From Octopus bimaculoides (lineage: Eukaryota): a stretch of DNA of 56,765 bases. Position numbers and translations under genes: made by a program. This document shows positions 1-12,739 of this stretch, piece after piece. The stretch lies in contig NC_068982.1 of the NCBI RefSeq assembly GCF_001194135.2, positions 85,723,155 to 85,779,919 on the forward strand, in the 5' to 3' direction. The notes below the pieces were generated by a model that was not told the origin of the DNA, did no database searches, and was given only the letters and a program-made list of their open reading frames with translations. Numbering within the stretch: the stretch's first letter is position 1; every line of letters starts with the position of its first letter.

Positions 1-39
<39 letters not shown>

Positions 40-45
40 ATATGT
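1..45. repeat. (TA)n/(TATG) microsatellite
   Basis: Direct reading; abuts the truncated 3' tail of the RTE copy that follows. Confidence 0.95.
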
Positions 46-2398
46 GACGATATGACTGGAGACTGGCGAACCAGGTGGCTACACCAGAGTCCAATCTGAT
101 CTGGCAGAGTTCCTACAGCTGGATGCCCTTCCTAACGCCAACCACTCCGAGAGTGTAGTGGGTGCTTTTTATGTGCCACCGGCATGAAGGCCAGTCCAGT
201 GGTACTGGCAACGGCCTCGCTCAAATGGTGTTTTTTTTACGTGCCACCTGCACAGGAGTCAGTCCAAACCGGCACAAGTGCCAGTAAGGCGTAGCTGGAT
301 GTTGATCGTGCTCAAATGGTGCTTTTTACATGCCACCGGAATGGAAGCCAGACAGCTGCTCTGGCAGTGATCCTGCTCAGATGGTGCAGTTATCCCTCCA
401 CTGGTATGGGTGCCAGTCATCGAATTTGGTTCAGTTTCGATCTCACTTTCCCCAACAGGTCTTCGCATGCTGAGTTTAGTGTCCAATGAAGGAGAGGTTG
501 GCATGGGTGCCAGTCAACGAATTTCGTTCAATTCTCGATTTCAATTTCACTTGCCTCAACAGGACTTTGCAAGCAGGGTTTTGTGTCCAAAGAAGGAAAG
601 GTACACATAAGTGGGCTGGCTACACCCTTGGCAAAGGCCACGAATTATGGTCTCACTTGTCTTGCTGGGTCTTCTCACACACAGCATATTTCCAAAGGTC
701 CCAGTCACTAGTCATTGCCTCAGTGAGGCCTAATGTTCGAAGGTCGTGCTTCACCACCTCATCCCAGGTCTTCCTGGGTCTACCTCTTCCACAGGTATCG
801 TCAACCGCAAGGCTGTGGCACTTTTTCACACATCTATCCTCATCCATTCTTTCCAAATGACCATACCAGCACAATCGTCTCTCTTGCACACCACAACTGA
901 TGCTTCTTAGGTCCAACTTTTCTCTCAAGGTACGTACACTTTGTCGAGTATGCACACTGACATTACACATCCATCGGAACATACTGGCTTCATTTCTTAT
1001 GAGCTTACGCATGTCCTCAACAGTCACGGCCCATGCTTCACTGCCATGTAGCATGGCTGTTCGTACACATGCGTCATACCGTCTGCCTTTTACTTTGAGC
1101 AAGAGACCCTTTGTCACCAGCAGAGGTAAGAGCTCTCTGAACTTCGCCCAGGCTATTCTTATTCTAGCAGCTACACTTTCAGCGCACCCTCCCCTGATAC
1201 TGACTTGGTCACCTAGGTAATGGAAGCTATCAACTACTTCTAGCTTTTCCCCCTGGAATGTGGCAGAAGTTGTTCTCTGCATATTTCCAGTGTTTATTGC
1301 TCCTGAGCATCTGCAACATAGAAAAATTATCTTCCTAGTTAGCCTTCCTTTGATATTGCTGCACCTCTTATGTGTCCATAGCTTACACTGGGTACATCTT
1401 CATAGAGTTTCTACCTACACCTCTTCTACAGATCGAGTAGGGCCAACTACCTGAAGGGGTTTGTGGATTGTCTACCTTTCTACTTATTAGGACTTTTGTT
1501 TTAGCTAGGTTCACTCTAAGGCCCTTCGATTCTAGTCCTTGCTTCCACACCTGAAACTTCTCCTCTAGTTCTGATAGTGATTCAGCAATTAGAGCAAGGT
1601 CATCAGCATAGAGGAGCTCCCAGGGGCAACCTGTCTTGAATTCCTGTGTTATTGCCTGGAAGACTACGATAAATAGGAGGGGGCTGAGGACTGAATCTTG
1701 GTGGACCCCTACCTCTACTCGGAATTCTTCACTGTACTCATTGCCAACCCTCACTTTACTGACAGTGTCCCTGTACATGGCTCGCACAGCTCTCACTAAC
1801 CATTCATCTATCTCTAGTTTCCTCATTGACCACCAGATAAGGGATCGGGGGATCCTGTCAGAGGCTTTCTCCATGTCAACGAAAACCAGGTACAGAGGTT
1901 TATCTTTTGCTAGGTATTTCTCCTGCAGCTGTCTTTCCAGAAATATAGCATCAGTGGTGCTTTTCCCTGGCAAACTGCATCTCATCTAAGCTGACTCTCT
2001 CCCAAATTAGTTGGGCTATGACCCTCTCTGTGACCTTCATTACCTGGTCCAATAACTTGATAACTCTGTAATTGTTTGTATCTAAAGCGTCACCTTTACC
2101 TTTGTAGCAGTTGACTATGGTGCTGCTACACCAGTCATTGAGTATGACTCTTTCGTGTATCACCTGGTTAACTATACGGGTGACTAGGCTATAACTGACA
2201 CTGCCAGATATTTTGAGCATCACTGCAGTGATTCCTGATGGGCCGGCGACTTTCCCTATCTTCATACTCTTGATCGCTTTATCTACCAAGGTACTGTCAA
2301 TTAGGATAACTGGTCCCTCTGTTGGGTCGACATTCAGCATACTCTCTTCCTCCCATTCATTCTCTTTATTAAGCAACCTTTCATAGTGGCAGCAACCT
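46..2398 (-). mobile_element. RTE-clade LINE, 5'-truncated and decayed (RT domain, C-terminus, 3' UTR)
   Basis: Minus ORFs 1383-1985 (TTDAIF..VDMEKA..DSVLSPLLF..LLYADDL) and 653-1282 (ERRLCWYGHLERM..GRGRPRKTW); 3' tail motif GGATGCCCTTCCTAACGCCAACC at about 121-143; about 60-bp tandem units in the 3' UTR. Confidence 0.95.
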
Positions 2399-2606
2399 TT
2401 CATATATATACATATATAGATAAATACATATATATATATATGTATATATACATACAAATATATATACCCACATATATATATATACGTACATATATACCCA
2501 CATATATACATACATATATACACACATATATATACATATATACATATATATACATACATACATATATATACATAATTTCCATACATACACATATATACAT
2601 ATACAC

Positions 2607-2637
<31 letters not shown>

Positions 2638-2730
2638 CACACTTACATACATACATACATACATACATATACACTTACATACATACATACATACATATAC
2701 ACTTACATACATACATACATACATATACAC

Positions 2731-2789
<59 letters not shown>

Positions 2790-2790
2790 C
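2399..2790. repeat. Compound (TA)n/(TACA)n microsatellite
   Basis: Direct reading; source of the spurious MYVC/YIHT ORFs. Confidence 0.95.
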
Positions 2791-2929
2791 TAATAATCAG
2801 AAAATGGAGAAAACTTTAGATCAACAAACAAATCAATTGGACCGCATCTGTGGATTATTTTTTTAACATGACATAGAGTGGGCAAATCCCATTCCTATCG
2901 TTGCGTTTGATTGTTTCAAACTTCTTCAT

Positions 2930-3204
2930 AGCTCTATAGGAGCAAATCATGGAACACCATAGAAAGGACTAAGAAGAAAATAGGGAAGGCAAGCTCATGG
3001 TACGATAGCCACAAGTACCAGAGTGTCATGTTCGTCGACACCACCCCTAGAGGCGAACTGGCGTACCGCTTTGGAAGGGCCCTAGACAAACTTAAGCTAA
3101 GAATTAAGGTTGTTGAAAGGCCAGGCAACCCTATTAAATCCCTTATCAGTAGAACATACCCTTTCAGTAGAACCCCCTGCACTGATAGGAACTGTATCGT
3201 ATGT
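2930..3204 (+). mobile_element. Penelope-like element fragment (RT thumb to Cys-rich linker before GIY-YIG), cut by assembly gap
   Basis: QSVMFVDTTPRGELA..IKVVERPGNPIKSLI..PF..C...C..C; paralogous to 16140-16690, which continues into GIY-YIG. Confidence 0.75.
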
Positions 3205-3897
3205 NNNNNNNNNNNNNNNNNNNNNNNNNNNNNNNNNNNNNNNNNNNNNNNNNNNNNNNNNNNNNNNNNNNNNNNNNNNNNNNNNNNNNNNNNNNNNNNN
3301 NNNNNNNNNNNNNNNNNNNNNNNNNNNNNNNNNNNNNNNNNNNNNNNNNNNNNNNNNNNNNNNNNNNNNNNNNNNNNNNNNNNNNNNNNNNNNNNNNNNN
3401 NNNNNNNNNNNNNNNNNNNNNNNNNNNNNNNNNNNNNNNNNNNNNNNNNNNNNNNNNNNNNNNNNNNNNNNNNNNNNNNNNNNNNNNNNNNNNNNNNNNN
3501 NNNNNNNNNNNNNNNNNNNNNNNNNNNNNNNNNNNNNNNNNNNNNNNNNNNNNNNNNNNNNNNNNNNNNNNNNNNNNNNNNNNNNNNNNNNNNNNNNNNN
3601 NNNNNNNNNNNNNNNNNNNNNNNNNNNNNNNNNNNNNNNNNNNNNNNNNNNNNNNNNNNNNNNNNNNNNNNNNNNNNNNNNNNNNNNNNNNNNNNNNNNN
3701 NNNNNNNNNNNNNNNNNNNNNNNNNNNNNNNNNNNNNNNNNNNNNNNNNNNNNNNNNNNNNNNNNNNNNNNNNNNNNNNNNNNNNNNNNNNNNNNNNNNN
3801 NNNNNNNNNNNNNNNNNNNNNNNNNNNNNNNNNNNNNNNNNNNNNNNNNNNNNNNNNNNNNNNNNNNNNNNNNNNNNNNNNNNNNNNNNNNNNNNNN
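3205..3897. other. Assembly gap (others at 9440-9539, 10095-10322, 15028-15088, 26692-26840, 32305-32314)
   Basis: Runs of N. Confidence 1.
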
Positions 3898-4458
3898 AGA
3901 AGTGTGACGAAAGAACTCTGACCGAAATAAGATTAAGATTAATGTAATATAAAGCTGAAGCAAATTAACACCAAATATATAGTGCGTGTGTTTTTATTGG
4001 CTAAACTGGCAATATGACCATCCCCAAGTACAACAACATCTGTTTCAACACACGATTTCACATCAAAAATCTTGCAAAACAAATATATATATAAATACAT
4101 ATACATAAATACAAGTTGAAAAATATCGTTACAAGTATAAATATACCATAAACAATTATAGAAAAATGGAGGAGAAAAAGATGTTGCATCAAAATACATT
4201 TTATACAAAATAGGATTCAATACATATGCGCGTTTCAAAGGACAATACAGATATGTAAGAAAAGAATTATAATCATAGTAATTATAATTAAATTTATGCA
4301 TTATCATTCTCATCAGTGTGAAGAATTTTTTGAAGGTCATCAAAAAAGGTTTAATAAAATAAATTAAAATAAGATACAATATGATACGCATCCACTAAAG
4401 TTTATTTTTATTATTGTGGAAAAAAGTGCATAAATTACATGGGTTTTTATGGTACATA

Positions 4459-5112
4459 CAGGGTGCAATGAATAAACTTTTGTCAATTACACAAAAATGA
4501 AAATAACACTGACATCTCATTTAAACAGATATATTTACCAAAATTACATAAATGTATCTTGAAATACTAAAGAGTAAATTTATTCAATAAAATCACCATT
4601 GGCTTCAAACACAGCCTTCAGACGACTTCGGAATCTCCTGCAACTCTTCTGGATGTTCTCCTTGTTTAAATTGGTGAATGCTGTCATAATCCTTGCCTTC
4701 AGTTCATCTTTGGTGTTACAAGGAGTTTTGTTGGTCTCTCACTCAACTGCTGCCCACATATAATCAAGGGGGTTGCAATCTAAGGAGTTGGGTGACTAGA
4801 TGTTAGATGTAGATGTAGACTGGATATTTGATTTTTATCATTCTTCGTACATGTCCTCAGATTGCACTGTCCTCAGACTGACTCCCAAACACTCTGAAAT
4901 GTTCATACTGGAGCTCCCAAGGTGAATACCAAGCAGTACAGCATGTTGTTTCCTAACTTCTGGCAAAGGGAAATGCATCATGGTGCTGCTTTTCTCACAG
5001 ACAGTCTCCAACTATCCTTACTATACTATGTAGTCAACAAAATCACAAACAAACAATGCACATGCGTGAAATTAAAAATATAAAATGGCGACAATTTATC
5101 CATCACACTCTG
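4459..5112 (-). mobile_element. Internally deleted Tc1/mariner-superfamily transposon (maT/DD37D-like C-terminus)
   Basis: Imperfect TIRs CAGGGTGCAATGAATAAA / rc CAGAGTGTGATGGATAAA with TA on both sides; minus-strand PNSLDCNPLDY..W..ERETNKTPCNTKDELKARI..RFRSRLKAVFEANGDFIE and an N-terminal HTH-like NISECLGVSLRTVQ. Confidence 0.85.
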
Positions 5113-5116
5113 TATG

Positions 5117-5147
<31 letters not shown>

Positions 5148-6699
5148 GTATGTAGACAGACAGACAGATAGATAGATATAGATATATATATACATACATA
5201 TATATATTCATACAGTCCATGCGAGGATATCGTATCCTCATAAGGGATTATTATATCTGAAATTTCATTGGTTTAATCACCAACACCATTGAGGAATATC
5301 TCTTCAATATATATGGGATTATTATAAGTATAAATATGATTAAAGAAGAAGAATGAAGAGTTGGTAAGGATATAAAATTAATTTATTAACATACATGGCA
5401 GTATTCTTTCATTCTTTTCTTTTCTTTCAATCATTTGACTGTGTCCATGTTGGAGCACCGTCTTTAGACATCAAGACAGACAGAAGTGGGTTGTGAGTGA
5501 GTGGATAGAGAAAGGAGAAAGAGAGAAAAGAAAAAGAGGGAGAGAAAAAAGAGAGAAGACAGGAATGGGATAGGTGCAGGAAAGAATGAATGAGATTGAA
5601 AGTAAAGTAAAATCAAAATAAAAAATAAAGAATAAAAAGAATAAAGATGGAGATAAAGTACCAGTATTATACTTCTTAAGTGTTGGTTTAAGGTGAGAGG
5701 TCAGGTATTAAAGGTTTTGGTATAGTGGAGGAGGAAGGTATTTATGTCTATTGATTAAATAGGTTAGGTGTGATCAGTGGTCAGTAGGGATAGCTAAAAA
5801 CAGATGCCTAGCTAAATATATATAATCATAACATAGGTCAATACAGTGTAAACACTGAACATGATAACATAAACCACACCCATAACCCTAGCACTATGAC
5901 CAGCACAAACCAGGATGCGGAACATCGCCGCTTCTGAGGAAGGTTGGACTATGGCTAAAATGAATACTAATAGCACTGCTACTACTAACACTAATAACTC
6001 TAATACGACCAGTCCTACCACTACTACTAATACTACTACTATTACTAATACCACTACTACTGTCACTACTACTACTAATAATAGTAGTAATAATAATAAT
6101 AACAGCAATAATAATGATATGAGCCAATGTCCTAATACCACCCTTAACTTTAATTTGTCCATAGATAATACAACATCTTCCCTAACCCTAACCCATGTAG
6201 GACAGATAGCTGCAACTGCCAATTCAGGACCGAATGCCCGCTGCAAACCCACTACAGAAGGTTTAACGTAGTGTATAAATGCATTGTCTGCAACATATTA
6301 CATAATTCTACTAGCTACCACATCGAGTCTACTATCAGTTTTAAACAGAGATATTCTGCACATCTAAACTCATTTAAATATGAAGAACATAGTAAATCCA
6401 CATCCCTAGCCAACCACATTCCCCACCTGATATATAGGAAAGTATTATATAGGATATCTTGGACCATAATAGACTCTGGCGTCGTATAGCAAGGCCAGCA
6501 CTCCACATGTGGACCCTACCTGAAAGAAGCCCTCCAAATATTAATTCATAATTCTCTGCAATTACTCAATAAACAACATGAAGCATTTTCTACACGTAAG
6601 CATAAGTTCTTTTGCATCTTTAGATTCTTCCATAAATCCACACAATAAACACACATAACACCTGCCTAAATGCTTCCATGGTCGTTACAATATTCTTTT

Positions 6700-6917
6700 A
6701 TTCTTTTAATTGTTTCAGTCATTTGACTGCGTCCATGCTGGAGCATTGCCTTTAGTTGAGCAAATTGACTCCAGAACTTATTCTTTGTAAGCCTAGTACT
6801 TATTCTATTGGTTTGTTTTGCCAAACCGCTAATTTACGAGGATGTAAGCACACCAGCATTGGTTGTCAAGCGATGTTGGGGGACAAACACAGACACACAA
6901 ACATACACCACACATAA

Positions 6918-6966
<49 letters not shown>

Positions 6967-7110
6967 ATGGGCTTCTTTCAGTTTCCGTCTATCAAATCCA
7001 CTCACAAGGCTTTGGTTGGCCTGAGGCTATAGCAGAAGATACTTGCCCAAGGTACCATGCAGTAGGACTGAATCCGGAGCTACTTACCACACAACCGCTG
7101 CTGCACCTAT
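6700..7110 (-). mobile_element. tRNA-derived SINE with internal (TA)n
   Basis: Same family as 11705-12175; head (partly deleted) at the right end, tail TTGTTTCAGTCATTTGACTGC at the left. Confidence 0.9.
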
Positions 7111-7899
7111 ACATTATATGTACATTTTTCCTTTCTTTTCATTTTCCCCTTTCCTTTTCCTTTATTCCATTCTTTTTCCTTTCTTCTCTATCAATGTAAG
7201 TATTTTAGAAGCTAGCTAGCTTTATTCCTTAAATTTTTAACTTTTAAATTCTCAATTTTTAATTTAGCATTTAACTTTAAACTTTGATTTGTATCCTTTA
7301 TCCATTTAATTGTAGTTTTATTCTACGTATACCCGCTTAAGCTAGGCATCTATTTTTAGCTATCCCTACCACACCTAACCTATTTAATCAATAGACATAG
7401 ATACCTTCCTCCTCCACTTTACCTTTAATGCCTGACCTCTCACTCTGAACCGACCCTTAAGAAGAATAATACTGGCACCTTATCTCTATCTTTATTCTTT
7501 TTATTCTTTATTTTTTATTTTGATTTTACTTTACTTTCGATCTCATTCATTCTTTCTTGCACCTATTCCATTCCTGTTTTCTCTCTTTTTTCTCTCTCTC
7601 ACTCACAACCCACATCTGTCTATCTTGTCTTTCTCACTCTATATATCCATGCAGACCATTTGCACACTAGCTAATACTTCAACATGAACGTATCATTCAA
7701 AATACTGCCAAAATTCTGCCTGCATTTACCTGGGATTAAGTATAAGGACCTATACCTTCACAGAAGTACAGACCAACCTCCAAACCCTCTGGAAAAAGAT
7801 GAACTGTCTGTATTCTTGTACTTTTACTCTTTATTCTTCTATTTTATTCCTTATAAACTGTGAATTTCCCTATCTAGAACTTTCATACATACTCACTTT

Positions 7900-7957
7900 G
7901 TCTCTGATGATGGAATACCCAGTGTACAGACGGATATCCCAGAAACAGTTGTAAGAC
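7900..7957 (+). ncRNA. Type I minimal hammerhead ribozyme (PLE-associated)
   Basis: Stem I GTCT(7900-7903)/AGAC(7954-7957); core CTGATGA 7904-7910; stem II 7911-7941 (8 of 10 pairs); GAAA 7942-7945; near-palindromic stem III ACAGTTGT; GUA cleavage triplet 7951-7953. Confidence 0.8.
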
Positions 7958-8185
7958 TTCAAATTATCCTTACCCTAATAAATTTTTTATAAATGTCTAG
8001 AGATACTTGTCCTGTCTTCATTTTTTGATGTCCTTTTCCTCTAATGTATACCTGCTAACATGGAAGCCTAATATGAATGCCTAGCTCTAGCATCAGCTGT
8101 GAACATGGAACCTAACAGACGACCAATTATAGGCACTTACTCAGCATTCCTATTCATTTAGATCACCAGTGTACGAAATCAACAT

Positions 8186-8249
<64 letters not shown>

Positions 8250-8759
8250 GCAGGCAAGCATCCAGTACTAAGGATGGGTACACAACCAAAAGCAGCTGGT
8301 CTACTGGTCTTGCCACACTGGAGTGGGAGTGGTTTGCTCCCTTACTTGCAATATATATATATACATTTCCAAATATGGTTTCAAGGGATATATAATCCTG
8401 GGGTTACCAAGTTTAACTCTTACATCAGTTCTCAATGCCAGCTAGCCACAACGAATGTTGGTGATACTCAAGTTAGTGAAAATTCACTAGACTCGATTAT
8501 TATCCTCACTTGGTAAATCTGAATCTCCTTATAGGGACTGCTTAGTTTCTGTAGAGAAAATGATGACAATCTCAACATAGCAGTGAAAAATGGACCCTGA
8601 AGAAGCTGCACTGACAATACAAAGATGTACACTTAACAGTGTGCAGTAGTTTGAAGGTGAAACATGTGTAGGTTCAAGCAAAGAACAGTGTAAATAACTG
8701 TATGATAAAATATAGATGTGCAAATCTCCATTCCCTTGATCTTCATTAATTTCATATAA

Positions 8760-9439
8760 CAAGCCTGGAAGGACTGGAAGAATGGTGGTAGCAGGGAATT
8801 GTATCAGACTGCCAGAAGGGAAGCTAGGCGACAGATTTATTTAGCCAGAGGGGAAGCAGATAAGAAAAAGTTTGCCAATGTTCTGCGCCGTGAGGACCAA
8901 AGACTTGAGGTATTTTGTGTTGCAAGACAGTGTGTGAGAGAGAATCGTGATGTCATGAGAGAGAAATATGTTCACATGGATGATGGTACGCTTGCACTAC
9001 ACGAGGCTGCAAAGAAAGAGGTCTGGAGATGCCACTACGAAAGTTTGCTCAATAAAGAGAATGAATGGGAGAAAGAGAGTCTGCCAAATGTCGACCCAAC
9101 TGAGGGACCAGCTATCCGAGTAGACAGTACCATGGTAGATAAAGCAATTAAGAGTATGAAGACAGGGAAGGCCCCCGCCCCATCAGCAATCACTGCAGAG
9201 ATGCTCAAAATATCTGGCAGTGTCAGCTATAGCCTAGTCACCCGTATTGTTAACCAGGTGATACATGAAAGAGTCATACCCAAAGACTGGTGTAGCAGCA
9301 CCATAGTCAACTGCTACAAAGGTAAAGGTGACGCTTTAGATACAAATAATTACACAGGTATCAAGCTGTTCGATCAGGTAATGAGAGTCACGGAGAGGGT
9401 CATAGCCCAACTACTTAGGGAGCAAATCAATTTAGATGA
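8760..9439 (+). mobile_element. RTE LINE internal fragment (linker and start of RT)
   Basis: ORF 8799-9575 YQTARREARRQIY..MKTGKAPAPS..YKGKGDALD..YTGIKL; homologous to 1985-2398, 18500-18930 and 56550-56765. Confidence 0.92.
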
Positions 9440-9539
9440 NNNNNNNNNNNNNNNNNNNNNNNNNNNNNNNNNNNNNNNNNNNNNNNNNNNNNNNNNNNNN
9501 NNNNNNNNNNNNNNNNNNNNNNNNNNNNNNNNNNNNNNN

Positions 9540-9650
9540 TGGCATGGGTTGGACGGTTTGACTGGGAACTGGTGAGCCAGATGGCTGCACCAGGCTTCAA
9601 TCTGATCTAGTAGAGTTTCTACAGCTGGATGCCCTTCCTAACGCCAACCT
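9540..9650 (-). mobile_element. RTE 3' tail fragment
   Basis: GGCATGGGTTGGACGG..GGATGCCCTTCCTAACGCCAACC, same tail as other copies. Confidence 0.85.
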
Positions 9651-11690
9651 ACACAGAAACAATATCTCAAAAGTCTCATAGAAAATACATAAGAGTTTAT
9701 TTGAAAATTGCGATGGAAAGCCTTCTTCTTTGATACTAAACAGAAAACTAATAGAAACAAATATGGACTTATATCTTCCAGGAATCCACCTTCTCTTCTG
9801 GAATTAGATGCCTTCGAACAAGACCTTTTCGAACTCATTAGAAAAATTAGCTTCCGTAAATACAGTAACCAAGTACAGAGAGATATGAAAAAAGAAATTA
9901 GAGAAATTAACAACTTGAATAAGTTCTTCGCTAACTCTGATATGACAAAAAACTTATACTGCCGAAAAGTTCATTTACAAGCATCTAATTTTGAATAGTA
10001 TCACAGATACATACAAAAAAAGATAACACAAATTTATACAAAAAGGCAAGAAGAATAGCTGACAATCTAAAATTTAGCGATTGGATAGAATATCNNNNNN
10101 NNNNNNNNNNNNNNNNNNNNNNNNNNNNNNNNNNNNNNNNNNNNNNNNNNNNNNNNNNNNNNNNNNNNNNNNNNNNNNNNNNNNNNNNNNNNNNNNNNNN
10201 NNNNNNNNNNNNNNNNNNNNNNNNNNNNNNNNNNNNNNNNNNNNNNNNNNNNNNNNNNNNNNNNNNNNNNNNNNNNNNNNNNNNNNNNNNNNNNNNNNNN
10301 NNNNNNNNNNNNNNNNNNNNNNCATAAGCATAACTACAAATTTACACAGTTTGATATTGCTGACTTTTACCCATCGATATCCAGGCCTTTGCTCCTAAAA
10401 GCATTAGACTTTGCCAAGTCGATAACTCAGAAATAGATATTATCATACATGCAAGGAAATCACTTCTTTTTGATGAGGATTCTACCTGGGTCAAAAAGAG
10501 TGAGGATTCTCTTTTCGATGTAGCGATGGGGGCATACGACGGGGCTGAGTTATGTGTGCTCATAGGAGACTATATTTTGTATAATCTAAAGCTAGAATTC
10601 CCGTTTATAGACGCAGGATTATATAGGGATGATGGCCTTATAATTTAAACAGCCATGAATTAGATAAGCTTAGGAAGGATCTAATTGCTTTCTTCCAAAG
10701 GATGGGCTTACAGATTATGACAGATACTAACCTTAAAAGTGCAGATCTCTTAGATATAAATTTAGATTTACAGTCAGATAAATTCAAACCTTACCTTAAG
10801 CCTAATGATAAGCTATCTTATGTTAGCAAAGAATCCAATCATCCACCAGTTATTCTTAGGAACTTAGTAATGTAGGTAGATGAATATTGGCAATCTCTTC
10901 ATATGAGACAGCATTTCAAAATGCTGCACCTTATTACAATAGCTCTTTAAGGAATAGTGGATTCTCTGAGAAGATCCAGTATAACCAACTTAATGCTAGC
11001 AGTAATGCAACACATAGAACTTGGAGGGTTTTGTGGTTCAACTCAGCTTTTAATATGGCCATAAAAACAAATATAGGTAGAGAATTCTTAAAATTAGTCT
11101 CTAGACATTTTCAACCTAATCATAAGTTTTACAGTATATATTTTATAGAAGAACGCTTAAGATCAGCTATTCCTGTTGCAAAAACTATGCCTCTTTCATT
11201 AACCAACACAACAATAAGATAATTGCAAATAACCATAGTGCCGATTCTTTTCCATAGAATTGCAATTGCAAAGATGGGACCGCCTGTCCGTTGGAAGGAA
11301 AATGTCTGGAGAAAGGAATTGTGTATAGAACCAAAGTTCAGATAGAAGGCTCACATGAATATAGAACATACACAGGCTTCTGAAAATTCTTTCAAGATCC
11401 GATTTTATTCTGATAGAAATTCCTTTCGATACCCTGAAAATAGGACAAAGACCAGCCTGGCAAAATATGTCTGGGAATTGAAATGAAACCCGCCCTTTCA
11501 ATGTGACATGGAGAATTTTAGATAAAGTATCACCTTACAGACACGGTGCGCATAAAAGACCCATCAAATGTAATTATGTCTTTTGGAACAATTCTATATT
11601 TTATTCCAGGACAATAGCACTTTGAATCAAAGATGTGAACTCTTGAATTCCTGCAGACACGCAACAAAATTTAAAATGTCAGCTGACAAA
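9650..11690 (+). mobile_element. Penelope-like element, decayed RT plus C-terminal GIY-YIG
   Basis: RWKAFFF..YGLISSRNPP..FEQDL; FDIADFYPSI..KALDFA; FDVAMGAYDGAELC; GLYRDDGL; WFNSAF..KTNIG; SYSC; CNC..CPLEGKC..GIVY..YTG; LAKYVWEL; LNQRCELLNSCRH. Several stops and frameshifts, one gap. Confidence 0.9.
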
Positions 11691-11704
11691 ATACCATATG
11701 GTTA

Positions 11705-11962
11705 CTCTCTTTACTCTTTTACTCTTTTACTTGTTTCAGTCATTTGACTGCAGCCATGCTGGAGCACCGCCTTTAGTCAAGCAAATTGACCCCAAGACTT
11801 ATTCATTGTAAGCCTAGTACTTATTCTATCGGTCTCTTTTGCCGAACTGCTAAGTTACGGGGACGTAAACACACCAGCATCAGTTGTCAAGCGATGTTAG
11901 GGGGACAGACACACCAACACACACACACATATATATATATACATATATATATATATACACAC

Positions 11963-11997
<35 letters not shown>

Positions 11998-12175
11998 TAT
12001 ATACATATATACGACGGGCTTCTTTCAGTTTCCATCTACCAAATCCACTCACAAGGCTTTGGTCGGCCTGAGGCTATAGTAGAAGACACTTGCCCAAGGT
12101 GCCACGCAGTGGCACTGAACCCGGAGCCATGTGGTTGGTAAGCAAGCTACTTACCACATAGCCACTCCTGTGCCA
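11705..12175 (-). mobile_element. tRNA-derived SINE, near full length
   Basis: Reverse complement of the right end gives GGAGTGGCTATGTGGTAAG (A box) and GGTTCAGTGCC (B-box-like); internal (CA)/(TA) repeat; simple-repeat tail (TTTTACTC)n at the left. Confidence 0.92.
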
Positions 12176-12739
12176 TTTTTTGAATCTTGAACTAGTTTTC
12201 AATCCCACTGTTGAATTTGTATTTGTAATGCATGGTTATTTCACATCGCAAAGATATTATATATATTTCAACGTATTTCTTAAGAAAACCTTCGACTGGT
12301 ATATATATATATTATTTTCATGTTTAAGATTTTATTTTTATTTCATTTTTTGTATTTTACAAACCCATTTAATTGTTTTATTTATAGATAATTCAATATA
12401 TGGTGTTCCATTTTGCATGTCTTTTATCCGATTTTTATTATTATACAATCAGCAATTTTAAAAAAAAGTTGTTTGTATATATACATTAGGACCTAGATAT
12501 GTTTTTATGTAGATTTCTGTATTGTAGGCATGCATATGTATTTGTATGTGTGCGTCCGTGTATAATTGTATATGTGTAAGTAAGCGTGTATGTTTATACT
12601 TGTACACATACGTACATGAATGTATATGTATGCATGTATACACTTATATTTGTGTGGATAGGTATTTATGTGCATATTTCCATATATTTATATACGTGAT
12701 CTTATATGTGTATTTATATGCTAATATATACTTATGTAT

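Larger units (their letters stand above)
5468..7975 (+). mobile_element. Penelope-like element 3' part: inverted terminal-repeat copy, GIY-YIG remnant, SINE insertion, terminal repeat ending in a hammerhead ribozyme
   Basis: 5468-5813 is the reverse complement of 7340-7630; about 6208-6620 reads CNCQFRTECPL..VVYKCIV..FKQRYSAHLNSF..STSLANHI..ISWTIID..LLNKQHE; hammerhead at 7900-7957. Confidence 0.8.

Noticed and set aside
1951-2793. Long ORFs rich in MYVC/YIHT
   Set aside because: Translations of the (TA)/(TACA) microsatellite; only the tail of 1951-2730 is RTE.
3899-3935. GTGACGA..GAAA hammerhead-like motif after the gap
   Set aside because: Core starts with G, no stem II adjacent to GAAA, and the 5' context is in the gap.
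6179-6193. CCCTAACCCTAACCC telomere-like repeat in a PLE
   Set aside because: Only about 2.5 units and explained as PNPNP codons.
8585-8625. MDPEEAALTIQR, IQ-motif-like peptide
   Set aside because: In-frame stops on both sides and no convincing splice sites.
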